Shown: positions 60,168-64,000 of the stretch, piece after piece
Layout of the letters: each line of letters opens with the position of its first letter
Numbering within the stretch: the stretch's first letter is position 1
DNA from: Thermoanaerobaculia bacterium
Lineage (GTDB): Bacteria; Acidobacteriota; Thermoanaerobaculia; Gp7-AA8
Assembly (NCBI GenBank): GCA_035627015.1
Contig: DASPMO010000154.1
Span: forward strand, 3,537-67,536
DNA: 64,000 bases
Direction: 5' to 3'
Translations under genes and position numbers: made by a program
Notes under the pieces: model-generated
Seen by the model: only the letters and a program-made list of their open reading frames with translations
The model's database searches: none
Told to the model about the DNA's origin: nothing

Positions 60168-60874
60168 CGCGTGACCTCCCCCAGGCCGCAGAGGAACACT
60201 TCCTCTTCCGGGCGCGCCAGGATCCGGAAGCCGGCACTGCGCAGCATGGCCTCGGCGCAGGCGCGGTTCGGGATCCACCAGTTCGTCGGGTCGTTCGCGT
60301 AGCGCTGCTCGACGAAGAACATCTTCGGATACGAGGAGTGGTCGAACATCGCCCGCTCCTCGAACGGGTAGTCCTCCTCGAGCGGCATCACCTCGCCGTC
60401 GCCGCGCAGCATCGACTGGAAGACGAGCAGCTCGCCGACGACGTCGCGCAGCAGGTCGAGCGCGAGGAGCGGATAGCGCAGGTGATAGAGCACCCCCATG
60501 AACAGGACGACGTCGAAGCGCTGCCCCAGGTCGTTGACTTCATAGACCGACCGCCGCGCGAACTCGATGTCCAGCCCTTCGACGCCGGCCGCGAAGCGCG
60601 CCTGCTCGAGGTAGCGCTCGTCGCTGTCGATGCCGAGGACGCGCGCCGCGCCGCGGCGCTTCATCTCCATCGAATAGAAGCCGGCGTTGCAGCCGACGTC
60701 GAGCACCGTCTTCCCGGTGAGATCGTCCGGAATGGCGCCGGCGAACTTCTCCCACTTGAACCGCGGGTAGTCGCCGAGGAAATGCTCGGGCGCGGTGGGA
60801 ACCCCGCCGAGGTTCATGTTGTGAAACCAGGGGCCGAGGCGCCGCACCTCGGCTTCGATCTCGACATCGGTCAT
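60164..60874 (-). CDS. class I SAM-dependent methyltransferase (CmoB/DUF1698-like)
   Basis: Trimmed to ATG 60874 (ATGA overlap). GKTVLDVGCNAGFYSMEMKRRGAARVLGIDSD (motif I plus the acidic loop). FDVVLFMGVLYHLRYP. Confidence 0.8.
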   Translation of the reverse strand: MTDVEIEAEVRRLGPWFHNMNLGGVPTAPEHFLGDYPRFKWEKFAGAIPDDLTGKTVLDVGCNAGFYSMEMKRRGAARVLGIDSDERYLEQARFAAGVEGLDIEFARRSVYEVNDLGQRFDVVLFMGVLYHLRYPLLALDLLRDVVGELLVFQSMLRGDGEVMPLEEDYPFEERAMFDHSSYPKMFFVEQRYANDPTNWWIPNRACAEAMLRSAGFRILARPEEEVFLCGLGEVTR

Positions 60875-61662
60875 GCACGCTCTCCTGCTGCAATCAGGCG
60901 CGCCGGGCGCGCCGCACATTCGTCCTGGGGGGAAAGGGCGTCGCGCCGGCGCAGCAGATCGATGGCCTCGCGATAGCCGTGCAGCGTGCCGACGTCGACG
61001 TAGGCTTCGCCGCGGCGCACGCCCTCCGCGCGGCCGCCGCGCGCCATCCAGGCATTCACGAGCGTGCCCATGTACGGGTCGCGCGGCGTGCGCGTGCACC
61101 ACAGCGCGTGCAGCTCGCGCAGGACGGCGCCGCGCAGCTTGAAGGCGCCCCAGATCCAGCGCGACGCGGCGCCCTGCTGCTTCACCTGGATCTCCAGCAC
61201 GTTGCCCGCTTCGTCCGCGACCACGGCGTCGAAGAGCTCCGGCCGCTCCACCGGAAACAGGAGGAACGACAGGTCGCCGTCGCCGAGCAGGCGCAGCCCC
61301 GCCACGGGAAACCAGACCGTGTCCGGCAAGCCCACCAGCACCATCTCGTCGTCGTGAATGAGCGGCAGCGCGCGGAAAAGGGCGTCGCAGAGACCGCCCG
61401 GCTGCGGCTGCACCACGTAACAGATCTCCGCGGGGCCGTAGCTGCCGCCGTAGTACTCGATGATGTCCGACTTGCCCGGCGCGATGACGAAGCAGATGCG
61501 CGTCGCGCCGCCGGCGACCATGCGCTCGAGCAGGTATTCGCTGACCGCGCGCGGCCGCTCGGTCTCCCCGTCGCGTCTCGAGCCGACGGGGAGCAGCTCT
61601 TTCGAGAATGCCAGCGGCTGGATGCGGCTGCCGATTCCGGCGGCCGGGATGATGCCCCACAT
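60871..61662 (-). CDS. sugar-phosphate nucleotidyltransferase (NTP_transferase family)
   Basis: MWGIIPAAGIGSRIQPLAFSKELLPV matches the G.IPAAG.G.R...P.t...PK.LlPv signature. Confidence 0.8.
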   Translation of the reverse strand: MWGIIPAAGIGSRIQPLAFSKELLPVGSRRDGETERPRAVSEYLLERMVAGGATRICFVIAPGKSDIIEYYGGSYGPAEICYVVQPQPGGLCDALFRALPLIHDDEMVLVGLPDTVWFPVAGLRLLGDGDLSFLLFPVERPELFDAVVADEAGNVLEIQVKQQGAASRWIWGAFKLRGAVLRELHALWCTRTPRDPYMGTLVNAWMARGGRAEGVRRGEAYVDVGTLHGYREAIDLLRRRDALSPQDECAARPARLIAAGERA

Positions 61663-62729
61663 CAGACCCTCCTCATGATGTCGACCAGCTCCGCGGCGCG
61701 GCGGTCGGCCGTGTGATCGCGCAGGACGCGCGCGCGTGCGGCATCGCCGACGGCGCGCAGCTCCCCGGACGGACGGGAGAGCAGCGAGACCGCATGATCG
61801 GTGTCACGCGCCACGAGGATCTCCTCGCCCGGCGTGAAGAACTCGTCCAGGCCCGGCCAGTCGTCGCTGACGATCGGCACGCCGCACGCCGCCGCTTCGA
61901 AGAGGCGCCCCGAGGGACAGTAGCCGCGCTTCGCCATCGCGCCGCGCGTCACGTTCAGCGTGGCGTCCGACGAGCAGTAGAACGCCGGGTGATCGCCGGG
62001 CGGGACGTGCTGGAGATACCAGACGTTGTCACGCCAGGGGAAGTCCTCCGGATACTGCGACCCGCCGAGGATGAACCGTGCCTCGGGGAGCCGGCGCGCG
62101 GTGTCGAGAAACAGCCGTTCCAGCGCCTCCTGCCGGTCCTCGGCGTACGTGCCGAGATACGAGAAGCGGCAGCGATAGCGCTCCGCGGCGCTCACGGGGC
62201 GGTGCGCCGATGGGTCGACGCTGCCGTACAGCGGATGCACCTCGCGCGCGCCGAGCCCGCGCAGCTCGTCCAGCGCCGTGCCGCCGGTGTAGCTGAGCAC
62301 CACGTCGAACGGCTCCAGCCCCTCGGGCCAGAGATAGTCGACCGTCTCCCCGCGCGCGAGGCGGTCGAGCGTGATCGGCGTATCGAGGTCGTAGAAGATC
62401 TTCCGCCGCGCGGAAGAGTCGAGCATCGCCGCCGTGGCGTCGAACGCGTCGGGGCAGTACGACGTGACGATGGCCGCATCCGCGCGCGCGAGCTCGCGCC
62501 CGGCCTCGGCCTCGACGTCCGCCCAGCGCTCGTAGAGCACGAGCTCGAACGCATCGCTCGCATGGACGTCGCGGTGGGCGCGGTAATACGGCACGTCGCG
62601 CTCGAAGAAGACGACGCGATGGCCACGCTTCGCCAGCGAGGAACAGAGACCGCGCCACAGCGTGGCGTGGCCGTTCCCCCAGGAGGAGCTGATGGTCAGC
62701 CCGAAGATGACGACGTTCATCCGCTGCAC
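61662..62729 (-). CDS. CgeB-family-like glycosyltransferase (paralog 4 of 4)
   Basis: MNVVIFGLTISSSWGNGHATLWRGLCSSLAKRGH (start is ATG 62729 or ATG 62720). GRLFEAAACGVPIVSD...HTADRRAAELV. The stop shares 1 nt with the next start (TGATG). Confidence 0.7.
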   Translation of the reverse strand: MQRMNVVIFGLTISSSWGNGHATLWRGLCSSLAKRGHRVVFFERDVPYYRAHRDVHASDAFELVLYERWADVEAEAGRELARADAAIVTSYCPDAFDATAAMLDSSARRKIFYDLDTPITLDRLARGETVDYLWPEGLEPFDVVLSYTGGTALDELRGLGAREVHPLYGSVDPSAHRPVSAAERYRCRFSYLGTYAEDRQEALERLFLDTARRLPEARFILGGSQYPEDFPWRDNVWYLQHVPPGDHPAFYCSSDATLNVTRGAMAKRGYCPSGRLFEAAACGVPIVSDDWPGLDEFFTPGEEILVARDTDHAVSLLSRPSGELRAVGDAARARVLRDHTADRRAAELVDIMRRV

Positions 62730-63658
62730 GATGCGAAGAGCTCCTCGACGTCACCGCGCAGATGGATGGAGGAGAGGTGATGGCGCGCCGCGCTGCCGAG
62801 GCGCGCCAGCGTGTAGACGAGCTTACGGCGGGTGTGCTCCGGGCCGTAGTAGTCGGCGAAGCCGGTGCTGTTCAGCGAGAAGAAGGAGAGCGCGTCGGCG
62901 TCGTTGAGCAGCTCCACCTCGGGATCTCCGCCGCTGCGCCGCTCGTGCTCGCCGATCAGCTCCGCGACGCGGTCGCACGTCGCCGCGTCGATGCCGCACT
63001 GCTCGAGCGCGGCCCGCGCCTTCGCGGCCCCGCGGACGGCATGCTGCTGCTTGAATGCGATGTAGTCGGCCGCGCGATGCTCGATGCGCGCATCGGCCTC
63101 GGAGTCGAGCCGCTCGATGTCGTGAAAGAGCGCGGCCAGTTGCAGCGCCAGCGACGCGTCCGGCGCCAGCCGCAGCAGCCACTGAAACGTGTCCAGCGCA
63201 TGGTTGTAGTCGGCGCGGACGAGCGGCTTGTCGAGATCGTGCAGTCTCCGGAACGCGGCCAGCACTCTGTCGAAGCGCGCGCCCTGCGTGTGCCGGTTGC
63301 GGCGCGGGATGGCGCGCTGGCAGCGGTTCAGGATCTCCAGCGCCGCCGAGCGGGGGGGATCGTCGTCGACGATGTGCAGGGTCAGCTCCTCGTCGCCGGC
63401 GCGATCGAGCTCGTAATCGAAGCGGTAAACGTCGAAGTCGCGGTGCCGCCACTCGCTGGCGCGCAGCCGGAGTCCCTCGCCGGCCCGCTCCCCCATCGCG
63501 GTGATGTGCACCGAGGGGAACTGCGCCGCCAGCTCTCGGATCAACAGAGGGGTGACGGACAGGCCGGAGGTCTCTCCGGAAGTGATGACGATCTGCTCCA
63601 GCACGGGTTGCTCGTGATGCAACAATCGAACCGGAACTTTTACGCGTCTCGCAATCAT
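62717..63658 (-). CDS. HD-domain-containing protein (putative metal-dependent phosphohydrolase)
   Basis: Track ORF 62717..63952 trimmed to ATG 63658. ADYNHALDTFQWLL...LAALFHDIERL gives an H...HD pattern. IGEHERR and LNDADALSFF are also consistent. Confidence 0.6.
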   Translation of the reverse strand: MIARRVKVPVRLLHHEQPVLEQIVITSGETSGLSVTPLLIRELAAQFPSVHITAMGERAGEGLRLRASEWRHRDFDVYRFDYELDRAGDEELTLHIVDDDPPRSAALEILNRCQRAIPRRNRHTQGARFDRVLAAFRRLHDLDKPLVRADYNHALDTFQWLLRLAPDASLALQLAALFHDIERLDSEADARIEHRAADYIAFKQQHAVRGAAKARAALEQCGIDAATCDRVAELIGEHERRSGGDPEVELLNDADALSFFSLNSTGFADYYGPEHTRRKLVYTLARLGSAARHHLSSIHLRGDVEELFASCSG

Positions 63659-63701
63659 CTGGCGCACCTCTTGCCTGCGCTTTTCGCGGAGGTCGTCACC
63701 C

Positions 63702-64000
63702 GTGAGACAGCCGCAGTCGATCCGCTCCGCTGAAGGACGCCTGGGTGTTCTGCTGCCCGGCCTCGGAGCCGTTGCCACGACGTTCATCGCCGGCGTGATG
63801 CTGGCGCGCCGCGGTCTGGCGCAGCCGGTGGGATCGCTCACGCAGCTCGGCACCATCCGCCTCGGCAAACGCACGGAGGCGCAGTCGCCGCGCATCGGCG
63901 ACTTCCTCGGCCTGGCCACGCTCGACCAGCTCGTGTTCGGCGCGTGGGACATCTTCCCGGAGAACGCCTACGAGTCTGCCGTGCACGCGGACGTGCTGAA
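63702..64000 (+). CDS. inositol-3-phosphate synthase-like protein, 5' partial (runs off the window)
   Basis: Not in the ORF track because no stop is reached. My translation from GTG 63702: VRQPQSIRSAEGRLGVLLPGLGAVATTFIAGVMLARRGLAQPVGSLTQLGTIRLGKRT...LVFGAWDIFPENAYESAVHADVL. It resembles the N-terminal Rossmann region of archaeal/bacterial MIPS (vwlvGa.G.vaTT...G). SD-like gcggagg lies upstream. Confidence 0.55.
   Translation, partial: MRQPQSIRSAEGRLGVLLPGLGAVATTFIAGVMLARRGLAQPVGSLTQLGTIRLGKRTEAQSPRIGDFLGLATLDQLVFGAWDIFPENAYESAVHADVL

Noticed and set aside
1-64000. Search for tRNA, rRNA or tmRNA genes, integrases, transposases and phage structural genes that would mark a mobile element.
   Set aside because: None was recognised by eye. 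The island character of 1-39.5 kb is inferred only from gene content, the junction region at 30.5-31.7 kb and the degraded vapC. I therefore made no mobile_element call.

Overview
This is a very GC-rich bacterial chromosomal segment. I support about 55 protein-coding genes. I recognised no rRNA, tRNA, CRISPR array, integrase or transposase. All product calls rest on motif reading by eye; no HMM or BLAST search was possible.

Left part, about 1-39.5 kb: this looks like an accessory conflict or defence-type island made of four tightly coupled modules.

(1) A 12-gene plus-strand cluster spans 161-21745. It encodes two divergent Hsp70/actin-like ATPases, an IPT/TIG membrane protein, a lipoprotein, a secreted transglutaminase-like protein, a possibly GrpE-like coiled-coil membrane protein, and an ECF sigma factor flanked by two CHAT caspase-like proteases. 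One of those CHAT proteases is fused to a zf-HC2 anti-sigma domain and TPRs.

(2) A convergent 9-gene minus-strand operon spans 30361-21752. It is built around a MotA/MotB-type proton-channel stator pair. It also carries an SPFH-like protein, a large P-loop NTPase, a trypsin-like serine protease and a TIR-like/beta-helix protein. I consider this Zorya-like but non-canonical system the best candidate for an undescribed system.

(3) A CHAT-metallo-beta-lactamase fusion protein spans 31730-34885. A structured, terminator-ended non-coding stretch precedes it.

(4) An XRE regulator, an HNH-ABC-type ATPase fusion and a second paralogous HNH protein span 35883-39099 (Septu-like). An array of about nine 20-bp palindromes phased on a roughly 21-bp lattice precedes them. 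A VapB antitoxin with an internally deleted PIN remnant follows.

Right part, about 39.5-64 kb: this is more ordinary. It holds a polytopic membrane protein, a HlyD/2xABC-ATPase/ABC-2 permease efflux operon, secreted proteins and decayed gene fragments (MalT-like and RND-like). It ends with a large translationally coupled sugar-modification cluster: 2 epimerases, 2 oxidoreductases, 1 GT4 glycosyltransferase, 4 CgeB-like glycosyltransferase paralogs, a methyltransferase, a nucleotidyltransferase, a glycoside-hydrolase-like protein, and a partial inositol-3-phosphate synthase.

Several different REP/MITE-like palindromic elements occur. Two of them lie inside open reading frames.
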